Below, one piece after another: positions 11,501 through 24,700 of a stretch of 64,000 bases of DNA. Origin of the DNA: Amoebophrya sp. A120 (taxonomy: Eukaryota; Protista; Dinoflagellata). The stretch is from assembly GCA_905178155.1 (NCBI GenBank), contig CAJINV010000009.1, forward strand, positions 1,423,907 through 1,487,906, in the 5' to 3' direction. Numbering within the stretch: the first letter of the stretch is position 1; each line of letters opens with the position of its first letter. The position numbers and the translations under genes are program-made. Below the pieces are notes generated by a model. That model had not been told where the DNA came from, ran no database searches, and worked only from the letters and a program-made list of their open reading frames with translations.

Positions 11501-14500
11501 GAGTATGATGATTGCAGGTGCGAGACATTCAATCCATACTGCGGCAGTGACCACTTACTCAATGGCGCGCACGCGTGCGGGCTCCGAACGCATTGCACCG
11601 CAGCCAATTGCTGTCGCAAGAAGTGTGCCTTTGCGACCTGTAGAACCACAGATGGGATCCCTGCGGCTGAATACCACATCAAAGATTCCGGCACTTGTCT
11701 CGATCACAGTTGCGCGAATAATAACGCGAACCATGTGCAGTGTTGTGCTTTGAATGAGCCCTGCCAGGCGTCGCTCTGTGCAGATTTCACGTCACTCAAG
11801 GACCAAGCGACGAGGCCGATGTATTGCGAAACAAGGGAGTGCGTGAGCAACGAAAACCAAAACCGTGCGCATTGTTGTGAGGACAACGAGAGCTGCAAAG
11901 ATATGAAATGCAATACGGTTTCTCGTCGGGGCTGGCTGCACAAGTCGAATATTGAAGACGACAACCTCCGCTGCAACGCAAAGAGCTGCGACGCATCTGA
12001 TTCGTCCGCTGATCTTGAGCATTGCTGCGTGGAGGGCTGCAAGCGTCCAGTGGATTCGGACCGCTACTATGGATTCGACATTGCGAATTGGGACGATCTG
12101 CGCGAGCAGGAGCAGCTGTATCCGAAGTCCACGTCCGATTTCCAGGCGTCTTCCAAAGTTGGATGTAGCACGACGCACTACGAAGACCACAGTGTTTCCG
12201 AAGTTGTCAAGTGCACGGGGTCAGGTGCTGAATTAGAGCTGAACCCTAAAAAGTGCCTCGAGCTCTGTAGCTCATCCGGAACGGTCTGCAACAGCAACCA
12301 GCTTCCAGCTTCGGGGGCGTATTGTAACACGCACCGCTGTGAAAATACTGAGAACTCGCATTGTTGTCGGGAGAAATGCACGGAGATCGACTGTCCTGCT
12401 CTGCCGCACTTCGATCCCGGCGTGGATACCGCTATTCCGGGCGGTTGGTTCCAAACGTATGACGAAGCTGCTGTATGCGTCGAAGCCTCGTGCGACCCGG
12501 CGAAGGATACGGATGTAGAAAGTTGCTGCAAAAAAGGCTGCTACGGACCACCGGAGGCCGATCGGGTGCCGTACAATATTGCTGGGAACGATTGGTACAC
12601 GCAAGTCTTGAAGAAGACATACTTCGACACTGCGAATAGTGCTAAAGTCGGTGAGCACTCGGAGTGGGTAAATGACAGCGACTGGAGCTGCTCACCCCAC
12701 TACCATGGAACACCGGAATTCAAGTGCCCACGGAGTGGGGAGGTGCTGCAGGTGAGGGGCTGCCATCCGACTTGCCGCTGTACAGCCGACTTAGGGGATG
12801 ACAGGGCCCTGGGGAATCCGGAGAGTCCGTGGGGGGTTGACGGTTCCGGATTCTCGGAAAGTCGCTATCGTAAAGCTGTGGATGGTAAAATCATTGACGT
12901 GGGCACATGCCCCGCGCCGGGCTCGTCCAAAGGACGGCAATTCTGTGGCACTTGCAAGCCCGGGTACGGTAGGCTGCTTTCGCACAAGCCAGGAGGAGAA
13001 CTTCGCGAATTTCTTCAGCATTATATCCCGGTGGAGGTTTCGAACAAGATGCAGGCTGATAACGTCGCAGTGAAAGACGAGGTCCGGTGCTGGGCTGTGT
13101 GTGCGGAACAGGTGCAGTGTGGGGTGGATGCAGATGCAAAAACCAACAGCCCCGGCAACTGGGCGGATCCTTGGGCTCCCTACTTCGTGACGCGGAAAGG
13201 TCATGACCGCGTGCTCGTGGCAGCAAGGCTCCAGCCCGACTTTGATTTTTCACTTGCGGTTGACGCAGAGACTCCTACGGACACTGAAGAGACCCTGCTG
13301 TGTAGCGGACAGGAGGGCACAACAGCGAACTGTCGCGCAAGTTGCTGCGTGCAGGGCTGCAAGAGACCAAGAGGAGATGGAATTTGGTCCCACGATGTGA
13401 CCCATGACTCCGGAGCCGGGTACGCTGTAGCAGTGGGCGGGGATGAAGACCGTGGCTGGGAGGAAATGCTGACCGACGCTGCTGGGAATCTCGCCTACTA
13501 CCCTGACAACGGCGGCGACAGGTGGAGTACACACCAGCGCCTTCGTTGTGCGGATGGATACAAGAAGTCCAATCCGGAAAAGGAGCCAGAGTACCAGTGC
13601 GCTGGCCAAGGCGAATACGTTCAGTTGAGGGGGTGTGAGCCCGTATGCAAATGCACTGATGGCGAGGGCGCTGATGTTGGCGAAGTGGATCAGGAACTTT
13701 GCAACCGCATGGCGGTACCGGGTAAGCAGGCCTGCAAGAGCTGTACCAATGCAGACACACTGTTAAGAGAAGAAACAGAGGACACCATATCCACAGAAAA
13801 AATTCCATCCACATCCATTTTTTGCATGACAAACACGCGACTTGATACGTGGTTTGCGTGACAAATTGGATGTGGATGGGTTTTTTTCTTTGGATACACC
13901 AACGCCGGAAGAGAGAAGAAGTGTTGGGCATGGTGCGAGGGTCAAACTATGAGGACCACCTACGGATACCAGTACGCTGGTCAGAGCACGACGGGAAATA
14001 AATGCAGTGTTCAGGAGGAGGACGGGGACGCCTGGTATCAGAGGAAACGAGAGGACCCTGAAGACGACACCTCCAGTTTGGTCGTGTATTGTGAAGATTG
14101 GAAGTTCGACAGTCTCAACTGCTTTGAGTCGTGCTGTGTTCTTGGCTGCAGTCAAGTTTCGGCAGATGCGAGATATGTACAACCCCAACCCGCCGGCACG
14201 TCAACCCAGATCCCGATTTTGTACGAGTACGATCTCAGCGCTTCTTCTCGGAATGGAGTAGAGAACGATTGGCAGGCGGTATTGCAAAGCAAACACCTGT
14301 ACCCAAACCCACACGCCACGTGGAAAAGCTCCATCGAATACTGGCACTGGAATGGAGAGAGCCTCATCGAAGACGACGGATGGGGACGCTGCAGTGACGG
14401 TTACTATCCTGACGCTGTGTTGGAGATCCGCTGTCTGGGCGAAGGGCAGGAAGTGAAGGCCCGAGGTTGTTCCGATAACTGCAAGCTGGTTCAGCAGAAC

Positions 14501-17500
14501 GCTGACATTGGGGACGCTAAGATGTATCGTTGCGGCGACTGGGGCTACGGGGCCGCGCTGTACGCCAGCCAACGGGTTGTAAAGCCGGACGTTTTACAAG
14601 ATCGCGCGGCAGGCTACGAATCCGTGCGCATAAGCGACACTAACAAAGAAGGAAACAGCGGCCCGCTAACTGTGGCAAGTTGCTGTGGCCAGGGAACGCA
14701 GTGCGGCGGTTTGTTTCTGCACGAAGGAGACCAGAGCCGGGACCTGGGGACATTTGCAGACATTGGCAGCGCAAATCGGCCCCGAGCGAAACACTTTTGC
14801 AGAGACATGTTTGGTTACGGAGACCCCAAGCCTAATCATGTCCCAGTCGCAGCACCTTTTCGGCCAACCGCCGTGCAGACACCGCACAACGAAGGTTGGA
14901 AAGAGTGCTGCGAACCTGTAGCCAGTTGCAAGGACGGCTACTTCGCAGAAGCTTTGGCCGAACCATCCCCGCCGCAGGTGAGTGCTCAATTTTTCTGGTA
15001 TGGTGCTGCATATTCAGGGCGGGACGATGGCACTATCATCACGAAACCCTACCGCTGCCCGGATCGCGAGTTCCGGTTTGACCTTGATTCGCTGCACAAT
15101 GCGCGCCACGATGTGCAGGAGCACGGCTCTGCCGGCGTTACCCAAGGCGTCGGTGGCACGACGGGCTTTCTCGGCAACCACAGTGGGCGTGTCAGAACCG
15201 CTGGCGAGGGTGCGGCCGGCGGGTTTGGATTGCACAACGGCACGTGTGGAGGAAGTAGGCAGTGCTCCTGGCTCCGCGACGAGGTGTCCTGCTGTAAGCA
15301 GCGCGCGGTGTGCCCGTTTCACAACCCCGTGGTGCTGGAGCAGCAGATGCGGCGCGCCGGTATGGCCTACGTCTACGATAGGCACTTCATGTTGTACAGC
15401 CAGTACTTCAGTTTTGAACAAGACCGCACAAAGAACAGCAAAGTGTTTGCTTTGGTCGACTGGTGTTCGCACATGGCGGCGGATTATGGTGCCTACAGCC
15501 TCGGAATCCCGGACTACGATCCGAGCAAGATCAGCGGTGAGATTAAGCTGGACTACTGCAAGTCCGATGAGTGCAAAGTTACCGACCTGCGGACCTGTTG
15601 CGTCCTCTACCAGGAGTTGCCCCGCCCGGTAGATAGCTCCACCGGCCAGTCCGAGCTGGTGCCAAGAGCATGCAGCGCAGCTAGTGGAGCAGTAGGGGCG
15701 TACGACTGCATCGCTAACGAAGTGTGGTTTTACCACTGCGACGAGCGGGGCACTCCCGAGTTTCACTACAGTCACGAGAGTGCAGCATGGGCGTGCAACG
15801 CGTTGGGTGTTCGGTGCCATGGGTACCAGTACTCTCCGTTGTTCGCGCGCTACCACCCCAGGAATCCCGACCCCGAGAACGCGCTGTACACTTTGCTTGT
15901 GGATTACGGCGAGTTTGCTGAGTACTACGCGAACGCCTCCAGTCCGGCGACTGGTCATGTGACGACGCCAGCAAGTGCAGAAACCCCAGCGGAAGCAGGC
16001 GCGACGAGCTCGAGCTCGTTCGAGCGGCCGACGGATCACATGCTGTGGGCGGGCACTGGCATCGGACAATGCGCAGCGGTGTCGGCGGACGAAAGGATCG
16101 GGTTGGGCCTCAACGACAACCAGCGTGGAGTACAGAGGGATGAAGAACAAATACAGAGCATTGACACCATGCGGACGCACCTGAGTGGAGCCCTGCGTGC
16201 CTGCCTTGATTCCCCCGACTGTTGCTACGTCCGCTACGACTTCAATGGGCCAGATTTTCTTGTCGACGGCTTGTCCCGTGTCGAGTCTGTGGGGCACCCG
16301 GTAAATAATTACATCTCGGATATGGATGACGCAAAGAAAACGCGTGTGCCGGGCTTCACCCCAGAGCGGGAGGACGACGACGCGGACCGACTGCTCTTTG
16401 AGCTGACCGACGACGCGTTTGAGTTGCGAAAGAAGATGCAGTGCTGCCTCCGTCGGTATTCCTGCACTGAGAACATTTTGCCCCAGGTGGGCAGCAGCAT
16501 CCAGGAGACGTTCGTGAAAGCCAGCTGCTTGGGTCAGCAGCCAGGATTGCCCATGCCCATTACTGCGCCAAACGCCAGGCCGTGGAGGGTGGCGACCGAA
16601 TTTAACCCGACAACGAACCAGGACTGGTTTCCGCTGTGGGTGGAAGATGGATTCGATCCCCCCGACGGGCCGGAACTCATCAAGGGCGCCAGTAGCGCCA
16701 CACGTGCGGACGACATTGAGCACTACCACGGAAAAGGGCACAACGGGGAGGATATTGAGGTTTCCGTCAAAGATCGGGGAGAGGAGCAGTACTGGTTCCA
16801 CGAGTGCGCCGAGTACTGTCAGCAGGATTTCGCAATGGAGGTTTTGCGCGCGACGAAAGAAGCGGTGCGCTGCCAATGTTGGCGGAGGGAGGCGGACTAC
16901 GAGAAACGTGTCGCCTGGCTGAAGAGCAAGCAAGACGACTACCGACCGAAAGTAGACAGTGAATCCAGCCGGGCAAACGCGGGGTTCTCCTTTTTCTTTC
17001 TGAACACCGATGTGAAGCAGCCAGTCAAGTGCGCCAGGATTAGCTACAAGGAGCTCCTGCAAGACTACAACGAAAATTTGCTTGCGGCCGCAGCGGAGCA
17101 AGACAAGGAAGATCAGTCGGTGCGCGAGTTGTTGGCGGGAAACGCTGCACCCGGGGGATCAATCCCCGAGATTTCCTTCGAGAGCCTGCGAGTGTCGAAG
17201 GAGTACCTCGTCGACAACGGGCTTGTGTCCCGCGTCTACCTGAAAGACAACCGAGTACTGGAGCGCAGCTGGCCCGCGGGAGATCCGAACTCGAAGGACA
17301 ACGTTTCCCCAGCGGACATCAAGGCAGAGATCCCTCCATTCGTGGGTCAGCGTGCGCCATTGCCTCCCGGAGCCAGTTGGTTGACACCACGGATTTCGAT
17401 CCTCGAGTCTGACCTGAAAGCTTTCTACGGGAACAGCTCCGCGCTGCGACGGGGAATGGAATCCGCCCTGAACAAGCATTTGGCGCACCAAACGTCCGGA

Positions 17501-17668
17501 GGCTCCAACGTGGACGCTGACGTTGGCGTGTTTTCACCGTATAACGGCACGGAGGACAAAAAAACCAGTGACGCAACGATGGACGCTTCGAGTTCCGTCG
17601 ATTCGGCATCAGCACTGCTATCGCTGGTCGCCGAAATCAAAGAAGTAGAAGCAGATTACTTTAACTAG
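8521..17668 (+). CDS. Large (~2,400 aa) probably secreted cysteine-rich repeat protein; exons ~8521-9593, ~11401-13787, 13902-17668
   Basis: Hydrophobic N-terminus. Cys-rich coding resumes in frame after each TIR insert (CIKQICV..|..FGTVCSGGDEC; EETEDT|NAGREKKCWAWC). Four CC(V/K)xGC modules. Confidence 0.75.
9623..9666. repeat. Perfect 44-bp palindrome in left TIR
   Basis: GGGGAACCTCTTGTCCACCCGG|CCGGGTGGACAAGAGGTTCCCC. Confidence 0.97.
11329..11372. repeat. Identical perfect 44-bp palindrome in right TIR
   Basis: Same sequence as 9623-9666. Confidence 0.97.
13788..13896. mobile_element. Introner-like element (TAT...ATA ends, 5-bp TSD CACCA) forming a 114-nt non-canonical intron
   Basis: IR TATCCACAGAAAAAATTCCATCCACATCCA / TGGATGTGGATGGGTTTTTTTCTTTGGATA; CACCA at 13783-13787 and 13897-13901. 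Contains the in-frame stop, and removal fuses the two large ORFs. Confidence 0.9.
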
Positions 17669-18147
17669 CAACATGACACATAGTGCTCCGATATGACATA
17701 TGGGCACGGCGACATGAAAACTCCTGCAAGAGCACCACTTCTCATATTGTAATTGTTGTTTTGTATAATTGTCATATTATTGCATATTGCTCGTGACCGG
17801 CTGACGGTGACGGCTGAAAATTGGCCCCAACCAAAACGCTGTCTCTCGGCTGTTGTGGCCATGAGGTTAGGGCGCGCATGCTCTTGCGCCGACTTTGGGC
17901 CGATCGAGCAGGCGCCTACTGTGCACCTCTTTTGCGCCTCTTGGCAAGGCGTCTCGCCAGCCTACAGTGAGGGCGGCGCTAGTCCGCTCGGGCTCCCAGC
18001 AGTCTACTTCTTCAATTGGTGTCGCAGCTGCGCCATGTAGTGCGCCGCTGTGTCTTTTTGCAGCATCTGGGCCGGGAAGCTGGCCTCGCAACGCAAGTAG
18101 CGGCGGGCGCTGCCAGGTCGGCTTCCAGGTCCCGACGTTCAGCAAGG

Positions 18148-18265
18148 TCATATTGCTCAAGCTCTAGCAGTCATATTGTCATTTTGTGATATTGCCATAC
18201 TCGTATTGCATATTGTTATTGGTAAAAGTGTCGAAATTTTGCTCGTTAATGCAATATGTAGAAGG
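18148..18265. other. Candidate small IR-bounded intron/element built from CATATTG repeats
   Basis: CATATTGC...GCAATATG inverted ends, AAGG direct repeat (18144-18147, 18262-18265), AT-rich island. Upstream exon frame not resolved. Confidence 0.4.
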
Positions 18266-20420
18266 CCGTCCGCCGCGGGGCCACGACCACGACCAGGCAG
18301 GAGCTACAACAACTGTAAAGAGGGCCAGCACGGTTGACGATAATACGAGCGGCAGAATAAATGGCGTAGAAGATAACGCAGTCATGCTTTCACGGGAAGA
18401 AAAGCAGCGCGCTGCGCTAGAGAAGCTGCAGCAGCGGGGCGGCGGTTCCGATTCCGAACGACTTGAAGAAAGCACGAGCCAGAAAAAGGCCAAGCTTCTC
18501 CGCTCGATGGCAACGTCTGCTGCAACTTCCACAACAGATCCAGACGATAAGGATTCTCGTCGTGTCTTAGCTGCGACCGACGGGAGGAGCGGCAAGACTA
18601 AATCGCTGCTGCGACTATTGCAAGTTTTGCACCGAAGTAGGAGTGCCTCGGCGACAGTCATAGGAGTGTTGAGTGGCCACTTTCTGGGCGAAGAACCCCC
18701 CGGAGAGAACGACGCGGAGTACTACGAAAGTGGCGGAGCTGCAGGCACTTCCGTAGGTAACAAGGACGCGGCCAACACGGAAAGCAACTTGTTTGCAGAA
18801 GAAGTGTACGTGGATTCTGCTGCCGCAGCGAAGGCAGCAGGGGGCGACCGCCGCGACGCACTCCTCTACGAAGAGGGCGGATTTTCCGTCCATCTCGCGT
18901 TTCTCACGCAAGCCGCGGAAACTGAAGGGGCCAGCAAGGTGGCAGAAGTGTTGCTGCGTGACTTTTCCTCCGATCCAGCGCAACAGGAAGGGGTCGCCAC
19001 CATCCTGGAAAAATACCTAAAAAAGTACATTGCAGAGGAGCAGCAGCAGAAGGGCTTGGGCTCTATGACCGAGGAGTCTTTTCGCGTACTTCTCAAAGGT
19101 CCGACACGGGTCGCCTATCCGTTCGATCCAGATGGACTTCATGCCGCACTAAAGGCCTCGGCGTCGGGAGGTGGCGGCGAAGGTAGCGCGTCGAGTCTCC
19201 TCCACATGGCTACAGAAGCTTCGGCAGCTGCAGCCGTTTCAAACGTGTCCTCAACTTCACCGTCCGCCTTGTTGTTGTCTGCTACGCCCCCGGCCTCGCA
19301 GCTGACGAGGTTCTCGCGAGGAACTACTACAGAACAGGAAGCTACAACGGATCGTGTTGAGGATCTGCGACTTGAGGACGTTTCGCAACACCAGAAAGAG
19401 ACGCAGGTGCTCCAAGAGAAGACGACAGAAGAAGAACAAGAAGGAGCCGCAAACACTACAAGGCGTAGGAGAGAAGCTGCTTCCTTCGTCGTTCCTCAAG
19501 TGGATTTGCAAATAAGAGCGAATCAAGCACGGGCCACCCGACGAGGCGATGACGTCGACAGCCAGGACGAGACGACTGCAGACGCCGGAGGCGCTGCAGA
19601 CCGGGCAGAGAATACAACGGCGGCCCTTACGGAAGGGGATGCGGCCAAGGCAGAAGAACAGTCCTGGTGTAAACTAGTATTCGATCCTGGGTACGCCGAG
19701 CTGTTTCAGAACACCATCTACGGCATCTGTGTCTTCGGAGAGGTGATTCTTTTCGTGGTCTTCTTACTGTACACCTGTAGGCATAACCTGCTGGGTACCC
19801 GTCGGGAAAACCCGCGCGTTGCTGAATTGGAGGAGCAGCGCGAAAGCGCGCGCGCAGCGGCCGAGGAAGCAATGGAAGATGCGAAATTACAGCTCTCGCA
19901 TTTCCGCGGCCGCGCAAAGGCGAAGCAGGGGATGCAATTGGCGACCGGAAAGCTTGCAAAAGCCGGGCAGGCGCTCGCAAAACAGGCCACGACGGACAAT
20001 GCGGCAAAAGCCAAGCCGCAAGGAAAAGGGCAGCGGGAACCGGGCGCGTCCGAGGGCGTTGGCAACGCAGCCATGCGGGGTGCGGGTGGCGTTTCCATCA
20101 GCGGCGGCAGTAGTGCTTTTGGGCAGATGGGGAAAAGTGCCACTGCAAGCGGGGCCTTCGGGAAGAATGCGGCGACCGGCGGCGGAAGCTTTGCGTTTGG
20201 GGGAGCTGCGGGCGGCAGCGCGGCCGTAGCTTCAACTGGAGGCGCGGGGCCAGCTGGCAGCGTCGGTTTTGGAAAAGCCGCAAACGTTGCAGGTGGGAGC
20301 ATGGCATTCGGCAAGTCCGTCGGTGTTGGAGGCAGTTCGGCTTTTGGAGCGAAGCCCTCCATTGGTGGAAGCTCTGCTTTTGGTAGCGCTAGCACTGCTT
20401 TCGGGAAGAAAACAGAATGA
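18186..20420 (+). CDS. Single-pass membrane protein with coiled coil and C-terminal Gly/Ser/Ala FG-like repeats; true start uncertain
   Basis: 744-aa ORF; TM segment IYGICVFGEVILFVVFLLYTC; eight FG motifs, mostly (S/G)xAFG, at the C-terminus. Confidence 0.8.
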   Translation: MILPYSYCILLLVKVSKFCSLMQYVEGRPPRGHDHDQAGATTTVKRASTVDDNTSGRINGVEDNAVMLSREEKQRAALEKLQQRGGGSDSERLEESTSQKKAKLLRSMATSAATSTTDPDDKDSRRVLAATDGRSGKTKSLLRLLQVLHRSRSASATVIGVLSGHFLGEEPPGENDAEYYESGGAAGTSVGNKDAANTESNLFAEEVYVDSAAAAKAAGGDRRDALLYEEGGFSVHLAFLTQAAETEGASKVAEVLLRDFSSDPAQQEGVATILEKYLKKYIAEEQQQKGLGSMTEESFRVLLKGPTRVAYPFDPDGLHAALKASASGGGGEGSASSLLHMATEASAAAAVSNVSSTSPSALLLSATPPASQLTRFSRGTTTEQEATTDRVEDLRLEDVSQHQKETQVLQEKTTEEEQEGAANTTRRRREAASFVVPQVDLQIRANQARATRRGDDVDSQDETTADAGGAADRAENTTAALTEGDAAKAEEQSWCKLVFDPGYAELFQNTIYGICVFGEVILFVVFLLYTCRHNLLGTRRENPRVAELEEQRESARAAAEEAMEDAKLQLSHFRGRAKAKQGMQLATGKLAKAGQALAKQATTDNAAKAKPQGKGQREPGASEGVGNAAMRGAGGVSISGGSSAFGQMGKSATASGAFGKNAATGGGSFAFGGAAGGSAAVASTGGAGPAGSVGFGKAANVAGGSMAFGKSVGVGGSSAFGAKPSIGGSSAFGSASTAFGKKTE

Positions 20421-21763
20421 AAAACTAAAATTCAAATCAATGCAAATACTGTAACAACGTGTTAACTACTCAAAATATTCAATACATAGACTTCGATATC
20501 ATAAACTCTACTTTCACTGCATCTCGCACCGCAACGACTCGTAGGAGACCTGGACGAGGGCGACCGCGAACACTTTCTGCCATGCGTGATTGCTCTTAAA
20601 CTTTTGAAGAATTGCAAAAGACTTCTAGTACAGGCACACAAGAATAAGAAATGCACATCGTGACCCTTGTTTACAACGCTTAGTATTTTTCAAGGTTACT
20701 GAAGACTACATTCAGGAGCCACATGGTGCAAAAAGTACTTTATCAACGAATATTGCAGTCTTTTAAAGAAGATGCAGTCTTCTTCTTCATGACGACCATC
20801 TTGTATGTGAAAAGTCACAATAATGTAAAAAGAAAGCGTTCTTTCACCAGAAACACGACAACGGAAAAAAATGGGCGGATCACGGTTCCCGTTTCTAGAG
20901 GGAAGGCACCCTGTAAGCGAGTTTGTCCCTCTCCAAAAAAAGTGATCCTCGCTTATCGATTGGACTTTTTTGTTTTGATCTTGACGGTGAAGATCATTGC
21001 TTGCGTATTGGCACCTGCTGGTGATCGCACTAGTCAGATCATCCTAAAGCATTGTATAAAATTGCGGGAAGAAAAATTCGATTGAGAAACTAACAAGCAA
21101 CGATACAATTGAACCGCAAGTTCCGATAGATGATTGCGGTGCCCCTCCTGTATGTCAATTGATTTTTTGCGCCACAACTGTCGCGTTGACTACGATATGA
21201 TCAAACTTTGACCGATGATCATGCCTGCGCCTGTGGAAAGCGAAAGCTGAGGTCTCGCCTTCTGTGAATTTCATGGTATGATCTCAAGCTCCTTGATTGT
21301 GTTTTTGTAACAGTCAGCGATACTGGATACATAGTACTAGTAGTGACAAACCGATTCGCTCGCGATCGGTCGCCGGGTCCCAACTTGGCAACGACCACAC
21401 GAGCTAGCAAACATATCCCGATTGGATATCTTAAACCACCTATCATCCCTCACATGTGAATACACATTGACATTAGAAGGCAACAAACGACCGAGGCGAC
21501 TCGTTTTATCGTGGCTACTTGTAAATACATCTTGGACCAAGAACAGATGCCAAACATTGGCCACCTCTCGGCCAAGCTGGTTCAAAGCCACTAACTAAAT
21601 GGACAGAGAAATGTACTACGTAAAGAACTTTTTTGGAAATAACACTGAGATACACAAACTGATATGAAAAAGGTGCAGCATTATCGTACCAGTTTTTACA
21701 TGAAGAATTTTTTCGTATTTTGATGTGGAGACCGGCAAAAGCAAAACTAACTAACTTTCTGCC

Positions 21764-24700
21764 ATGAAGTATCTTTCTAAACTCCTCCTGGTACCCTTCT
21801 GGTACTGTGCCCATCGAGCAGCGGCGTTAACTTCCGCGTCGTCTTCCGCAGCTGCCGCTGGAGAAAAGCATAACACGTCAGCCTTCGGGGCCGCACAACG
21901 ATCCGCGACCTCGTCGAAAGCCCGGCGTGGTGCGACCACATTCGTGGTTCCCGAGCCCCAACCGAAAGCTAGCATCCTGGGCGCGCCAGCCGCGGGCCTA
22001 GGAGAACGAGCACACGACGGAAATGTTTGGACGACGAAAAGCGTTTGTGGCGCTGCGGCTTGTGGCGCGGGTGACCACGACAAGCAAGAAGATAAATGTG
22101 CTAGTTGTACTCTTCCGGCGTCTTCACTGTCACGGCTAAAGCGACCGGACAGCGATAGCAACCTGCTAGAGGATGTGGACGACGACAGCAGCTGCAGCGG
22201 CGGTAGTTCTCCAGTGATGGAACGCCAGACCAGCAAAGATCTCTTGGTTCCACTAGATGAGAATGATGGGGACGGTATCGACAGGTTTTGCGGTCCGGAA
22301 GAAGGCGGGAACAAGAAAATGCTACGCAGCCGGGAAAATAATCGAGATCAGCATCAGCGTCACGACTGGTTCCACTGCACCGGCACCAGCTGCAGCAGTG
22401 ATTTGCAGCGGGTTTCTGTGGGTAGTGTGTGCTCCAAAAGTACCGTCTGCCCCTCCAGTACCGCGTCTGCATCAACATCGCCAGCGACACTAGTGGGCGT
22501 TGACCTGCTTCGCAGAGATCACGGATGCCATGGGCAAAGACAGTCTTGCAAAGCGCGGACGTCTAGCAAGGACCGCGGCTCAACGCAGTCTTCGCGACAG
22601 AGGTCGAAGCCGCTGGGAGAGGAAAGCACCAGCTTTTCGGGCACCAGGTCCTCGTTCCGAAGCAAAGGGACCACGTGCGACACGCAACTAGCCGACCGCA
22701 GGTACATTCGGAAGCTGTGGCAGCGTTTCCTCGCGTTCGTGGTTGGTGCGGGGACTTTCTCGGCCGGCTGCTACAGCATTCTGCAAGCACAGCAGGCCAC
22801 GAGGGAGGAAAGCCGCGAGGCTCTGCGGTGCCTCACTGCCATCACCGGGCACTACATTTCCAGCGGGAGCGAGTTGTTTCTCACACCGCAGCGGGTACTG
22901 GAGGACCTGTCTCGCGGGACGCTCGAATCTCCCGGGGGCGCGAGAGTGCCGGTTTTCGGCGGGACGCTGGGACAAGGAACACGCTCGCACTGCTTCCCGC
23001 CGGTGTCGGATGTACTAGTAGGCCGATCCGGTACGATTGCGGTGCAGCCTCCGTCGCCAGGACCCGTTTCGGGGGGAGATGTTGACACCAACGTGAACAA
23101 CTCCACCGCCTTTCGTCCCACTACCGCCGTGCCACCGGACAGCGCGGATCAGGAGTTGTACCTCGACACACAAGTACTGAATCTGCGAAATAGCGGCCGC
23201 CATGTTTCTCCCGCGACGGGAGAGAAGAACTCGACATCAAGAGAGATTTCCGCGATCACAAATCCGCTAGAATACGTCCGAGCGGAGCTGCAAGACTGGT
23301 ACGAGGACGATTTTGTGCCCTTTGTCGACGATTGCTGTCCGAACGTGTTGGTCGCTCCTCGCAGCAGGGAACAATCTTCGTCAGCAACACAGTCTACTAC
23401 GGAAGAAGAAGATGAACCGGCCTGCGTCTGTCCGAACCTGCGGCAAAAGCAGGTTGCCTGGGCGTCGCGTTTCCGAGCGGCCCAACTACACGCGGAACGC
23501 CTCGTTGACAAGCACGCAATGGAGAGCCAAATCGTTACGCTTGCCGGGACTGCGTGCCTCGTCCCGGCGCTGTGGGCGGCGTCGCAACTGGCAGCTTCGG
23601 CCTTGCGTGTCGTCCGGCGCTTGGGTGGTGGAGGGGGAGGTAAGCGATCTTCTCAGCGCGGAGGTTCCTATGAGGAACAGGAAGCAGGAACAAGCACGAT
23701 GTTGGTGGACGAGGAAGATGCAAATGAAAAGCCGGACGACCTCGAGTCGTACAACGACTGGCGAGCTAGAGGCAGCACGGGTTCATCCGATTGCTCTTTG
23801 GATCTTCAGCAGTCTCGTGGGGGGGGACTGTTGTCTTCCCCTTCAGTGTCGAGGCCGGCGACGCCCGAGAAGAGCTACAACACAAAGCAACCCGACAGGT
23901 TCAACTTTTCGAGTGAAGAGGTAGGAAGCGTTAATGGCACGGGCGAAGTGGTTGACCACTTCGATTTTCTCCCCGTTTCTGCCTTCTCCCCGCCGATGTT
24001 TGTTCTACCAAGCGCGTTTCCTGTGCAGGATCCAGACCATGCGAAAGTAGCTGGTGCCGCATCCGCAACGCAGGACGGTCACGGCTACTCTAGAACAAAC
24101 AAGATGTCGTCGAGCGACAAGCGAACAGTTTCGGGCGGAGATTCATCGACGGCATGTGCAGACTCGTCCGCGACTTTCTCGTCGTCCTCGGCAAGCTCCG
24201 CGCAACCCCCCGCAAGGTGGGTCTTGGATCAGCAGCATCGGTGGGTGAACGGAACGGCTTTACCAGGCAGCATCGGTCCGGTGATTGGTTTGGAGGAGGA
24301 AGCGAAGGGGCCCCCGCGTTCTGTCTGGGCGGGCAGCGGTGGGGATATCGACGTTTCTTCGGATTCTGAAACCGTGTCAAGAAGAACAACAAAAGTTTCG
24401 CCGCGAGCGTCCCTCCTCGCTACCGCGGAGCAACGGAGCAAGACCAAGGAACGTCCGTCGGGCCGACCAAGTGGACAGCATCAAGGGGCGATGACTTACA
24501 GCGATATCGTTCCGGGTGGAGCTGTGGGTGCTTCGACGACGCGTTTCGAACACGCGCCTCCACCCATGCCGGGCGCAGCCTTTCCTGCCAATAATCATGA
24601 TTTTTTTCCCGCAGGGTTCTCCCTTGTATCCCCTGCTCTGAGAAGTTTGCCGTCGCTGCAATTATCTTCCTCCGAGGACGAGTGCGTTTACTTCAAGCCT

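Noticed and set aside
15014-17101. 695-aa minus-strand ORF (and similar long antisense ORFs at 37876-38907 and 61050-61949)
   Set aside because: Antisense shadows of GC3-biased + strand genes; no recognisable motifs.
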